The position numbers were made by a program, and so were the translations under genes. Shown in pieces: positions 23,713 through 37,331 of a DNA stretch of 64,000 nucleotides. The notes under the pieces are model-generated. The model saw only the letters and a program-made list of their open reading frames with translations. It was not told the origin of the DNA and did not search any database. Within the stretch, counting starts at the first letter, position 1; the number at the start of each line of letters is the position of its first letter. Source of the stretch: Octopus bimaculoides (Eukaryota); NCBI RefSeq assembly GCF_001194135.2, contig NC_068985.1:22421066-22485065 (forward strand), in the 5' to 3' direction.

Positions 23713-26700
23713 TACCAGAAGAACTTTCCGTACCACTAAACCAAGAAGGTTCTTTGAATATGTACAATATATTTTAAGGCTAAATAGTAATTCTGTTTAT
23801 GTTTGCGTAACTGAGATATTTTGATTGGATTATAATAGTTATTGGTTTTACACTTCTTTCTATATTCTGCAATTGTCACAATATAGAAACATTTCTCATG
23901 GCACCAGCACACAATTTACAGATGCTTACATTTTTTATGTTAACTGTGAATTTTTCATAGGTCCAGCTAGTTAAAACTGAATAGAGCAGTTATTTGATTT
24001 ACATTCCTTCTATATTGTCTAGTTTCGGATGAAATGAAATACTCATACTAGGCTGAAAAATGCAAGAAATGACATCCGTCTTGAATCAAGAATACAAATA
24101 GCCAAGATGAGATCACACCATAGAATATATATAACTACGTAGTTTATAAATTAATAAATTCAGAACACTGACGACTCTCTTTCTTGTACTGAAATATAAC
24201 CTAGTTCATTTCACAAACAGGAACAGTATTACTGAACTTATCTATTTACACTTAATCCCTCATGGTCTCATTAAATAATGGTATTACTTTCAAGGAAAAG
24301 TTCAAACAATGATTAGAATATTTGATGGCTTATGAGGCCCACCTTTTTATTCCCTCTAAAAAAGCATCACAGAAAATCAGCCCCCACCTTATGAACACAA
24401 GGTCAAGGTTTAGGTTACTGGTCAGTGGTGGTTCAAGAAAATGTGTGCTAAAACAGAGGTACATCTTATACAAAAATTGCATTCAGAGTGTTAAAATTCA
24501 TTAAAGCAGGAAGTGCATATGAAATAAGTATAACTGAAGAATGAGACTAAACAGGAAGACACAGACACAGTTTCTGTTGACTGTGCACAAGCATTGTAGG
24601 TCAAACTAGTTGTAGAGTTTTAAAATTTACAATATTCTTGTTTCTTTAACCCTTTTACTGAGGAAATCAGATATAGCCACTCAAAATTTCATTACCCTTA
24701 ATTGCTGAAAGCAGTTTTATGTACCAATCAATCTTTTGCTGAGGAATGTCATGTTTGAAACTATTTTTTTTTACTGAGATATATCAAGTTTATCAAAGCA
24801 ATATGACTTGCAGAAAATACCAATTCTATTTTTTGGTAGATATTTAAGATTGTTACTGAAATAACAATGAAATTTAATTTGCAGTTAAAGGATTAATTTA
24901 TGTTGCCATGAAACAATAGCTTAGTCATTCAGAAAATGTCTTTTAATTCATATAGATTGAAAAAACATTTGCACATTAATATCTAATTTCATAGTAACAC
25001 AATATAATAAACTTTAAACATATTTTACAGTATACCAAAATATTTAGTAAATATGCAAACTTTGCCTACCCACCCATCCATCAGCTCTCATTCTTTGTCT
25101 GTAGCTACATTATTATTTTACTGTTGTTCACTCTTTCTGTACTGCCAATCATCACCTCCTCTCTCCCAAGCCACTACTTCTATTGATATTTTTCCTCATT
25201 TTTATCACTTTTTTTCCAACTAATATCTATCATTGACTACCCTTCCATCCTTGTTCACTATTCATCTATACCCCCATCTTCTACCACACTTGAAACCTTT
25301 ACTCACCCTTCCTGATCTTCCGTCCCCACTCTTCTATTCACTATGTGCCTTGAAGGTAAGCTCTGACACCACATCATTACTATATCTCTTTTTCCAGTTC
25401 CCCACCAATTATTCCCATCTACCCTTAGTCACAAACTTGTTCCTGTCCCTTTATTATACATTAACCGTTCAGCACCTAGGATAAAGCCACCTCCCTCTCT
25501 ACTATAATCCCACCCAGTTAAGGGTGTTTTGTAGTCTTGTGAGTAACATGGCAATCCCACTAGTGCTGGTGCCATGAAAAAAGCACCCCACATTCACTGT
25601 AAAGTGGTTGGCATTATAAAGGCCATCCAGTTGTAGAAATAGTATTGATATAAATGCCACTGGATCTACCTCACAAATTTTTCCGTGTTTGTCAAGTATA
25701 TAACAAATGAAACAGAAAAAGGAATTCATGAGATTCTTTATTAATCCCAATGATCATTTCAACCCATCTTGCAGCGATTCCTCACAGGTGAGATACTGTA
25801 AAACTGTAGTAAAACTTCAGTGCAGATGTGTCTCGTCGAGTGACTTTTCAAACAATACCTCGTTCAATAAAGTCAGTTTCCGAAGGGGTGGGGAGAGGAC
25901 ATTGAAACAATGATGCGACAATGCCCCACTCTAACAATTTCGAAGATAGCACCCAGAGAAAATACACAAAACACTGAAAAACTTTGGAGAGACATAAAAG
26001 AATCAATCAAAAAGCCATGAATTTGATCAAAACATCTGCAACAATATCTTAAAAGATATTTATTTATAACCTCTCAACATGAAGGAAGTCTGTTGCACGA
26101 GTTCTTCATAGAAGCAGCCAAGTTATACTTTCTTCTCCCGAATCGTTGCTATCAAATAAAGACGAACGTATGTACATGTATGTTTGCGCAATTTTTTTTC
26201 CTATTCGTTTTTTTTTTACACCTATTAGACTGTTTTTTTTTTGCTTTTTTCGTTTTGGTGACCGGGCACTAAACTAGATCTTGAAAGATGAGGGAGAAAA
26301 AAACGGATCGTGTGAAGTTTCCGACAGTCCTCTCCCCACCCCTTCGGAAAACATTTTCCCCACGAATTACATTATAATCCTAATTTGTGTCACTTAAACG
26401 GTATTTCTATAAAATTTCATTAATATATATCCATTTCCCTGAAAGTTATGAGGGAAAAATTGGATCTTGTGAAATTTCCGAAAGTCCTCTCCACACGCCC
26501 CCGTTCGTTTGCGCAAATTTTTGTTATATTTGTTGGCACTATCATGCTATTAGCTGTCAGAAGTGAAANNNNNNNNNNNNNNNNNNNNNNNNNNNNNNNN
26601 NNNNNNNNNNNNNNNNNNNNNNNNNNNNNNNNNNNNNNNNNNNNNNNNNNNNNNNNNNNNNNNNNNNNNNNNNNNNNNNNNNNNNNNNNNNNNNNNNNNN

Positions 26701-29700
26701 NNNNNNNNNNNNNNNNNNNNNNNNNNNNNNNNNNNNNNNNNNNNNNNNNNNNNNNNNNNNNNNNNNNNNNNNNNNNNNNNNNNNNNNNNNNNNNNNNNNN
26801 NNNNNNNNNNNNNNNNNNNNNNNNNNNNNNNNNNNNNNNNNNNNNNNNNNNNNNNNNNNNNNNNNNNNNNNNNNNNNNNNNNNNNNNNNNNNNNNNNNNN
26901 NNNNNNNNNNNNNNNNNNNNNNNNNNNNNNNNNNNNNNNNNNNNNNNNNNNNNNNNNNNNNNNNNNNNNNNNNNNNNNNNNNNNNNNNNNNNNNNNNNNN
27001 NNNNNNNNNNNNNNNNNNNNNNNNNNNNNNNNNNNNNNNNNNNNNNNNNNNNNNNNNNNNNNNNNNNNNNTTTACACCTAGTAGGTTTTTTTTTGTTGTT
27101 GTTTTGTTTTCGAGCAAAGAAACTTATACTCGTTTCCTCTGACCGAAAAACTTAGTGGTTATTGATATTTCAAGTTACGATAATAATCTACAACGAAAAC
27201 ATAAAAACACGAACAAAAAGTTCTACAAACATTGAGATGGAGGAAAAAAAAAAAACGTCTTTAGGTGTTGACAAAAGAAGATATTTTGGAGATATTTTTA
27301 AACACCCGAGATCACAAGATTATTGCATTGAGCCGCCAACATAACACTCATTGTTTCTAATCTATTAGGATGACTGCTAATCTGACATATTATTTTTCGC
27401 CTTTAAAGATTAAAACATTATCCTTTGCTGAGCAGATGCTGTTGCTTTCGTCACTACTCTCATGATAAACAGGCTTTATGATATCCGAGAGACCATGTGA
27501 CATGACGTCTAACATTAATGTAAACTTCTAACAATAGAGAAAAGTTGGAAGAACTATAATATTAAAAAAGACATGAATATTTATTCATCCTTATTGTACT
27601 ATCAGTCATTACCGAAACGTTCTTTGTTGTTGCTACTTACTTAGAGCAACTCAAACACCCGTTATTGCATTCAGTGTTTACCTAGTTAACACAATTTAGA
27701 GTTAACTGTCAGAAGAGAAGTAAAAGATGTTATTCCACGAACTTATGTTTATCGAATGACTGATTAAAGTTCAGATACTAACACCTAATGAACATGAAAC
27801 AAAGGAAACGAGTATAAGTTTCTTTGCTCGAAAATAACTTATAAATTTAATGTAATAACAATGAACGGCTACTTAGTTTCTCACATCTTATTAAAATGCC
27901 TTTAAACATTATCTCTTATACATTTAAAGAAATACCGGAACAATCATGGTGATATGTTTTGTTGCATTTGAACAGAGACCCTCTCCGTACTGGTGCCTGT
28001 AAATTTCTTAAGATAGGCATAAACATCTCGAAAATATTCTTCAACGGGGATGGCATACTAATTTCTTCTTTCTTCAACAACACAAAGGCAATCAGTACAC
28101 ACAAAGAAAACATTATCCACCGCCATCCCAACATTAACAGCTCGTAACTAGATGGCCACAAATATTCAGTGTCATCTTCACTAAGGGTCTCTCCTGACGA
28201 ACACACATTCTCTATACAGCAAAGACTATATCTTAAAAGTCATTATTCTTTAGGGGCGGAAAATACTTCAGACCCTAAACAACTATAAACTGACTCTTCG
28301 AAGTCCAGGTGACATCTACAAGTGCACTACTCTCGAATTGAGGTTGAGTTGCTGCTATACACAGGCATCCTAGACCGCATTATTAAAAATAGAATCCAAG
28401 ACGAAGACGTGGCTGTGAAGTAAGTTTGCTTCCAAACCGCATGATTCCTGGTTCAGTACCACTGAGTGGCACCTCGGGCAAGTGTCTTCAACTATAGCCT
28501 CGGGTTGACTAAAGCCTGGAGAGTGGATTTGGTTCACAGAGACTGAAAGAAGCCTGGCGTGTGTGAGTGCTTCTCCCCCACCCACCGCTTGACAACCGGT
28601 GTTTGTGTGTTAACGTCCCCGTAACTTAGAAGTTCAGCAAAAGAAAACTGATAGAAGTCCCAAACTTAAAAAAATAAGTACTGGGATCGATTCATACGAC
28701 TTAAAATTCTTCAAGGCGGTGCCCCAGCATGGCTGCAGTTAAATGGCTGAAACGAGTAAAAGGTAAAAAGATAAACTGATTGGTATAAAATCGTTCGCCA
28801 GCAGACTTCAACCTCTAGCTTACGGACCTCTCTTCTGCCTTTCCGACTAACTACAACAGTGGCCACTATTTTTCAAAGCTCGATGGTGGTTATTATCATG
28901 TCATCTCCGTATATAGATTCGGTACTAACTGATCATCTCTGTTGCTCTTTTCACCAATATCGTGTTCGCGCATTCACCAGAGCCCCGCACCAACCATTAA
29001 ATCTAAGTCATTCGTTCATAGAATATCATCCCTCGCCCTCTGAAACCCTTTCCTTGCCTGTGTTTTTTGAACCATCAATTTGGAACTGTTCAAAAAACAT
29101 TAACCGTAATGAACTGATGAGTCTAGGAAGGCCAGTTAATGCTACCGGTACGGCCAAGTAAAAGAAAAAAATGGTACAAAAAAGATTCACCCAAGTGACG
29201 AGGTATGAACTCAAAACCTATGAACCAAGAAACAGAAATTTATTCAACGCTTTAATCAAATGTCAAAAGGGAGCAGTTTCTTCTATATTCAACATTACAA
29301 TCCCACAACTAGTATTTAAGTTCGGGTCAGCCTGTAACGCTGAGTGTCACACACATAAGTGGGACCAAAGAAATTGTCAACTATTTTGACAACCTTATTT
29401 ACCAAAAAGTGTACCACTTCCGCTTTGTACATTAAATTTTGATATTTCGTTTTACTGTCCAAAGTCGAAGAGAATTAAAACGGCAATGATCTTGGGCCCC
29501 ACCATCTCTTTAAAAGGAAGAGAGAGAAAAAATAACTTGAATATAGGAGAAAANNNNNNNNNNNNNNNNNNNNNNNNNNNNNNNNNNNNNNNNNNNNNNN
29601 NNNNNNNNNNNNNNNNNNNNNNNNNNNNNNNNNNNNNNNNNNNNNNNNNNNNNNNNNNNNNNNNNNNNNNNNNNNNNNNNNNNNNNNNNNNNNNNNNNNN

Positions 29701-30965
29701 NNNNNNNNNNNNNNNNNNNNNNNNNNNNNNNNNNNNNNNNNNNNNNNNNNNNNNNNNNNNAAAAAAGTCCAAGTTCTCATGAGATAAAACATTATAAAGG
29801 TCTAAAAGTGAGGATAATTAAAAGAATGTTACAATTATTCTTAAAATATATATATATATCTTGGTATTTCATTAAAAATAAAAAGACAAAGTAATAGATA
29901 ACCTCAACTATAGTTGAGAAGAAAATCAGCTGTTCTCTATGACTGGTATACGAAAGTTAAAACGTTAAATAACAGACAGAATATCTAGGATTACATGATC
30001 CGATGTATTATACTTTTATTGACTGCTATTTCTAGCAGAATAAGCGAGAATGTATTTAGAGGCTCCCTAGTTGGCTCGTTTAATTATTTTGCTGGAAACT
30101 TGAAAAAAATTGTAATATTAAACGGGGGGGGGGGGTTCTTCTTTATAATAATGTTAAATAAAATTTGAGTATGAAAACTGTTACTCCTATTTTTAATACT
30201 TTGTTGCTAAACCGTGAGCAAAAAGGAGAAAACAAAGAAACCTTGTACAAGTACTAATGATAGGATATATTTTTTGCAGCTAATAATAGTTTGTTGATTG
30301 TAATGAACAAGTATTTTCGTTGTTGAATAGTAAATAGTAATATTATATATATATATATATATATATCTCGAAGGAATGCTCTCTTTCAGATATAAAGGAT
30401 TAACAATATAAGGTCCTGAAATAAATGTATACTTACAGCAAATGATACACAAAAGTGAGAGTGTACGGACACTCATGCTGTCAGAACTTTCACTCAGCGT
30501 ACCAGGAAGGAGATTGTTTTAAAAAACACAGCACAGCTATCAACAAGGTAAAGAATTATGACAAGGGCGTCGACACGTATTTCGGAGTATATGATGATAG
30601 CTTCCTCTGTCTCGTGAGATAACCGGAAGTAAACAAACAAGTCACATGTTTGTTAAATGATGTAGCACAAACCAGCGCGGGAACTATATAATATGGTCAT
30701 CAATCCATTTGAAATAGCAATCTCATCATGCTCAAATCATGGGCTTGCTACATCGGAGATGGGGCGGTTAAACAACTGTAGTAGGTTGTTCTCATTTTTT
30801 TTTTTTTACATTAAAAAGTAGACAGCATAGGATAATTCTTCTGGGATCTTTCTGATCTTTCTTATTCGGATTACCTGATGCAATATTTATATTTTGTTTT
30901 GCTTTGTGTTTACTTCATTGGGTTTATTGGGTACGTGGTCTCTATTACCACCATATTTTTTGTAT

Positions 30966-31258
30966 TCTCACCCCCATTAAAAAATTGGGTTATCTCCCCC
31001 GACTAAAAAAAAAATTATTTAACCCCTCAATAAAACAAAAATAAAATGAAAAAAATTAAACATCTTGTTGAATCTAATAACATTTTTATAACAAATCAGA
31101 CCATACCTATTGAGGAGGCCAAAAGTCAGCAATGTGTTGAAGTATTGAATCAAAAAGATCTAACCCTTTTAATTCAATCTCTTGTCGCCACATAAACTCA
31201 ATATTTTAGTGGGGAGATCACCCAATTTTTTAATGGCAATTTTTTAATGGGGGTGAGA
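30966..31258. mobile_element. Small MITE-like element with inverted ends
   Basis: tctcacccccattaaaaaattgggttatctcccc (30966-31000) is the reverse complement of 31204-31258, apart from an internal duplication of about 13 nt in the right arm. Confidence 0.55.
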
Positions 31259-33540
31259 TAACCAAAAAGTACCTTTTTTTTTTTTCCAGNNNNNNNNNNN
31301 NNNNNNNNNNNNNNNNNNNNNNNNNNNNNNNNNNNNNNNNNNNNNNNNNNNNNNNNNNNNNNNNNNNNNNNNNNNNNNNNNNNNNNNNNNNNNNNNNNTT
31401 TTAGTGGGGAGATCACCCAATTTTTTAATGGCAATTTTTTAATGGGGGTGAGATAACCAAAAAGTACCTTTTTTTTTTTTTCAGATTGGCTCGCTAGTCT
31501 ATTTTGTTTTAACAGACATGTCTATGATCAAAATCATTTCAGCTGTGACTAACTCGTCTTTAATTTCCAAACTTAGTTTACTCTAGACTAAATGTGTCCG
31601 TTTTTTTTTAAGATGATGTTTTTTAAAAGGAGATTTGGCTATTTCTTACTGGTTAAACGATTTTGTAGAGGCTCTAAGATAACGCGGGGTAGAAAGAAAT
31701 AGATTGATAGGAAATGTGTAATGTTTAAAGAAGTATCGTATAAAATAAGTAAGCTCGAAGAAAGACAAACAAAACGATAAATTTCTGCCAAGTTCACTAA
31801 ATGGAAATCATTGCAACAAATTTCGTTTCGCATGAGCATCATATCTGAATGCTTAATAATAGTGAGTGACAATAACATCATAGAGTGAAAGAACATGGAC
31901 ATATTAAATTTGTAGATACTACTGTACCATTTACCACTTTTCTGTTTTTACACTTCACCTATTTTCACTTCTAACACCTTCAACTTAACATGTAAAGCCT
32001 AAATGCAAAAATCGAAATTGTGCGATGAAGTGCGGAATTGTTTTAGAACGGTGATTGTTGGTATTCCATCGTTTATTATTTAAATCTGTATTGTTATCTC
32101 TCCGAGAAAAGTTCGATCCATATTTTGAGTATCTCAGAGTTAGCGAACCGAACGCAAAATATTCTTGAATTCTTTCGATATTTGTTCTCAAACATTCTGG
32201 CAACAAATATGTCCTTTATTTTTAAGAGAAATTGATGAAGATCAAAGGATTTTACAGCTGCTTTAAGACCAATAGTGTCAAGCCCACAATAATGCATACT
32301 CCTCTGTTGCATTATATTAAAAGACAATTATTACCATTTAAAATTTTAAAAAAAATCTATATAATATATATTAGCTAGCATGTTCTCAAAGCCGGAACCC
32401 AACAAGATTTTAGGGAATCTTATATCACAATATAAATGAAGCTTATAAATCGCAGTACTAAAAGATGTAACCTATTTCCCCTTCATTTTGTCTACACACG
32501 TCGAACCAAACGTAGTTTTTTTTCTCTCAAATATATGCACAATTTTATCAGAATGAATTCTTTTGATATGATCAATATTGCAAGGAATCTCTCCAACAAG
32601 TAATTAGTCTTCTTAAGAATTGCATGCATTTCTTTGGTTAATTTCTTTTGATGTTCTCACTCTAAGGGATCTTACTTAATAGGACTACATATATTCCATG
32701 TGGATGGGTTTTCCCACATCTCTGCTATCACTTCATGTTATTTCCTTCGTTACTGTAGGATGTATGTGTTTGTATGCAGGCGTATATACGAAAACAACGT
32801 TTGTGCGGGAACAAAATTTGCTTAACGAATGCAAACTCAGTTTTTCAGGATGTTCAAAGTGTTTTCATTGCCCCTCCTCCACAATAAAGAAAATTTCAAC
32901 AGTGCCCTACAACTTCTGCACCCCATGTTCCCGAGCCTATGTTAAACAAAGCAAAAGTCAAATACTAGAGAAGCCTTCTGAAGAGTCTGCAAATTCATGA
33001 GTGACCAATTACGAAGATACATATAGAAAAGAATGTAATGATTAATAGCAATTCGAAAAAGGACAAAAAAGAAAGTGTGCAAAAACTGGAGTAAGTTAAC
33101 GAGTTGTGAGTAGAAAAGCAAAAATCTGTTCGGCACATTGTCTATTGAAGTGAATCTGGAATTACAGTTATCGGCGGATGTAGGGAGGCAATATTCAACT
33201 TTAGGAAGAACTTCAGTTCTCCAAATGAAGACGCAAACCGTTTAACGTCCTTCTACTCTTCAGACGTGTTGAGCACAAAGCTACAAAAGGTGCTTCCTTT
33301 TTTAGTGATTATTTTCAAGCAAACCATGTGTGACAAAGAGTGGCTTTAGGTAATTCTGAATTCTATCTCTTGCCTAGCTGATTTGTACTTTGATAAGTCA
33401 CCAGTTTTAACATATTTGGAAGATGAGTAGCAGTTATACATGTCCAAAAGTTGGTGCTCACCAGTTCCAATCATAAAGGTTGTAGATTATTTTCAAACGT
33501 CGGTTTGATCACCAATGTTAGCGTTAACAGGAAAGTTTTT

Positions 33541-34104
33541 GGATCTTTTTTAAAACGGGGGCCACATTTTTCATTAACGAAACACTTTGAAACTTGGAAC
33601 ACTGGTAGAATGTGTCATATAAAACATCTTTTTCTCTTAGTCTTCTTAAAAAAAAAAAAGAAATCCATAAGTTATTACATGTTAAAGTTGTCGTATTTCT
33701 GTAATTTCAACCAATCACTGACGTCCATTCAGCCGATATACATTAAGTGCCGACTACATAAACAAACGATTCTGAAACAATTAACCCTAACCCTAACCTT
33801 AGGGTTAGGGTTAAAGCAAATTTAAAATGAAAAAAGCAAATAAAACGAAGGTATGGAGATTAAATACGCTTTACATCGCTTAATCAGCCAAAGGAGTAAA
33901 TAAAAACAAGTGAATACTTGTCAGTGATTGGTTAAAATTATCGAAATAGGACAATTTTTTACATGAAATAAATTCGAATACAAAAATATTTTTCTGTTCT
34001 ATAACACAAAATAGATAAGTATACGAAGTTTGAAAGTCTTTCCGTACCAAAAACACTACGTAAAACATTAATGAAAAATGTGGCCCCCGTTTTAAAATAG
34101 ATCC
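33541..34104. mobile_element. Non-autonomous DNA transposon (Merlin-like MITE), 564 bp
   Basis: 37-bp terminal inverted repeats ggatct(t/a)ttttaaaacgggggccacatttttcattaa with one mismatch. 8-bp TSD aagttttt at 33533-33540 and 34105-34112. GG termini with an 8-bp TSD fit Merlin/IS1016. Confidence 0.8.
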
Positions 34105-35169
34105 AAGTTTTTAAAGGAATAAGACAAATCTTTTACTTGAACATAAACATTTTAGCAAACGCTAAAAAGCTGGGTCACCGCAGACAGAGAAATCATCGGG
34201 GAAATGATATGCAAAAAATGGATCACAAGATGTTGCTTTTTGAGCATGTGTGGCATAACATTAGTTGTGCATATGTGAGAACATCGTGGACATAAGAGCA
34301 TTACGTGTGTGTATGCTAGCGTGAGGTAAACTGTTATATTTATAGCAGTTCTTGTAAACTTAAGTGGCTGGGGTGAGTATGACAACGAAAACAGTGGCTG
34401 CTGCACAACCGTAGCCGGACAACAAAGTATTGTGTCAGACGATCTCTTCCCTTTCTTGAATATTAGACACTGAGAAATGATTCTCTCTCTCTCTCCACCC
34501 CTTCTTTCTTATGATAATGATTACCAAAATGAGTTCTAAAAGAAAATGGTCAAATGGACATAGCTGACCGTTTGAATGACACTAACGAATGAAATTTCCG
34601 TTACTTATGTCACGAGGTTGCTTTGGCACCATTGTCGCGGTGGCTATTTGTTAGTTTATGGACGGTGTTGACCATCGTCGTGTGGTCTAGTTGGCTGTGC
34701 GTACCCTAAATAAAGTAACACACGAACTATTAACATATTTATTGCTGGTCATGATTTACTATATTGGCTGTTTATGAATGAAAGATGTTAATAAAAAAAT
34801 CGCCGACGGGAAGCCGAGAACTGCGCTGTCTGGTAGAATGCTAACTGTGGTACATCGTGTGTGAGTGTCCGAAGCAATGTCTGGCTGAGTTAGGCGTCAA
34901 ACGTGTTTTATAGGGTGGAAGGGAGTGAATTTTAGATTATCCGAGGAGCCATAGCTTTGTGCTGATTGGTCGATTTATAGATCAATCACTTGAAACTGTG
35001 GTGGCTTACACGTGATCCATAACTGAATATCTTGAGGTTGGGGTTCGAATCTCTACACTAGGTTAGCAAACAAACAAGAAATAAAACATACTCTTGGGAG
35101 TTTTCCATGAATTTTCAGACATGTCAAGATTTCAGTAAACCTCGAACTCAGATTTCGAATCTTTCCAAA

Positions 35170-35600
35170 ACTGACGTTACAGACCTGGTGTCAGTTATAT
35201 ATTGTCTCCAGTGGATGTTATACAATGTTGGAGATTGTGGATGAGGTACTACGAACTGTCCAGGAAGCCTTAATGTTCTTCAATATACTGGTTTTGCAGC
35301 TGCACAACTTAGGACAATCTTTAATGTCTCACGTATAGTCTGGTAAGATCACAGGAACCAAATTACACCAGTGATTGGAGTTGAGATGTGTGCAAAGGGA
35401 AGCATTCAGTTGGCGATGCAATCTCACGACCATGCCATCGTACTGAGTGTGATAAGTTGTGACAGGTCGAACGCGTTGGTGTCCAAGTAAACTGATCAAA
35501 GAAACAAAAAGTAATCGGCTCGAACCGTAGCCCGCCGACCCTATGTGATGAAAGGGTAAAGGGTAAAAACTCACTTCCTTCGGTCATAAGTTCTAAAACC
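35170..35600 (-). mobile_element. Decayed Ty3/Gypsy integrase fragment
   Basis: VTTYHTQYDGMVVRLHRQLNASL...HWCNLVPVIL and RTLRLPGQF resemble the Gypsy pattern TTAYHPQANGLVERFHRQLKAAL...W...LPLVL...TLRLPGQF. Confidence 0.75.
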
Positions 35601-36523
35601 AAATGGACACAGCTGACTGTTTGAATGACACTAACGAATGAAATTTCCGTTACTCATGTCACGAGGTTGCTTTGGCTTTCAAACTTAAATATTCCAGGTT
35701 CGAATTCGAGGAAGGTTATTGGTACGACTGCCGTGATCTTTTCTTTGAACAGAGAGAAAGTCTAGATGTTTTTCCATCGAATTGAACTTCATGCCTCTCG
35801 CACCTACAGATTCCCTTCCAGAGCCTATTGGTGAAAAAGCTTTCTCAGTTACCATATTGGTTAGAGTTTTCGTCAGATGAAAATTCTCCTTGGAAGTTGC
35901 TTAAATGAATGTATGTTGCACTGATCCAAAATAAGGCTTGTTGACTGAAATTCATGCTTCGGGTTAATTTAGAGCTTAACCAACAGATAATGGAAAAGAT
36001 TTGGAGTGTAGCTGTCCCCTGAAGTTCCTTACCTTATGGGACAGGGAAAAGGTGCAGAAATGATGAGGGAGCAAGACTGTGAAAAAATACCCCCCCCCCA
36101 AAAAAAAACTGAAGGGCTTCGAGGGACAATTAGTCCAAGACTCTGCCGACATATTGGTCTCAGTTTAGTAATTTTAAGGGGTTCCATTTTTACTAAACGT
36201 GGAGGATCGTTATGGTTCGAACAGAAATTGAATCAAGATTCTAACTACAAACTCTTGGTCCACTTGCAATAAATCTCGACATTTTCGTTAATTAAGGTTT
36301 TTTTAATGTTTCTTTTGTTCTTAGCCTAGAAGCAAGAAAATAGTTTTACTTTGTGTTTTCATATATTTTTTCACTAATTAGTAATGTCAGCTCGACCTTC
36401 TGTGACTTTACTATCATCGCTTTTGTCAACATTGTAATATATAAATTTTATAGTTTGTCAGCTCCAGATATATATACTTGACATGTGACAGCCTAGTGTG
36501 TTGTTTTAACATTATTCTTATAA

Positions 36524-37331
36524 CACACATGTTAGCCTCTGGCTCCGGTTGAAGCCATCTGTAACATCATTGCCACTACAACACATTATCATCAACGACA
36601 GTGAGAGACCATCTAATTGCGACTGCTTACAAGTAGCATGTCTCAATATGTCATATCCACATGCTGTGAAACACTTGTTGAAATTGATATCCAGCTTGCC
36701 ACCTATTATTAGCACAAACGCATGCTTTTACTCTTCATAATACAATTATATATTTTAAAGCACATATACATATACAACCAAATATCGAAGCATACATTCT
36801 CTCATACATTGCTAAACTGAAATTTTCGTTACCGAAATATTTCTCTAAATATACTTGTAGAAGTTCAGAAAATATCTTATATAGCGTTTGAAAATAAATA
36901 TTTTTCATATTGCGGAGTTGACACGCAAACTTTATTTTTGCCAGTCTTTTCTCAACAACGATAAACAACTGGTGGCCTCAACTGAAAGACCGAAACTTTC
37001 CTATTCAAAGAAAGAATGGCTCTTCAAAACCCAGAGGTTAAATAGAAATGACAAAAGACTTGAATAAAGTTGAAAAACTATTTAATGCAGGAAATGTAAA
37101 CACTTCAATTTAGCAGATAAAAAACAGCTAATAAAAGTCGTTCATTCAAATAAACAGGTATAGACAGTGTTCAAAGGTTGATTGCTAAAATCTCATATTT
37201 TACAACATATTAAAATCAATGTAAAAAGGTTTTCTTTTTCATTGTGTCAGTGAAGAATAAAAATAAACAAGAAAACAGATGAGGCACAATTGTGAGACAT
37301 GGAGTCATCTTGGCAGATTCACTATTTATAG
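36524..37331 (+). repeat. Duplicated block of about 800 bp; second copy at about 49157-50293, interrupted by an RTE tail
   Basis: Long collinear near-identical runs, for example ttgaagccatctgtaacatcattgcca and gagtcatcttggcag...ttcactatttatag. Confidence 0.9.

Noticed and set aside
30590-30780. Promoter-like motifs (ccggaagt ETS site, ggggcgg GC box)
   Set aside because: Short motifs with no linked exon identified; not enough support without TSS data.
31204-31480. Tandem duplication around the gap (similarly 4491-4528 versus 4539-4575)
   Set aside because: Identical sequence on both sides of an N gap is the typical signature of unmerged contig overlap.
33781-33814. Chromosome-fusion scar or true interstitial telomere
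   Set aside because: Only about 2.5 repeats per arm, and they lie inside a TIR/TSD-bounded transposon.
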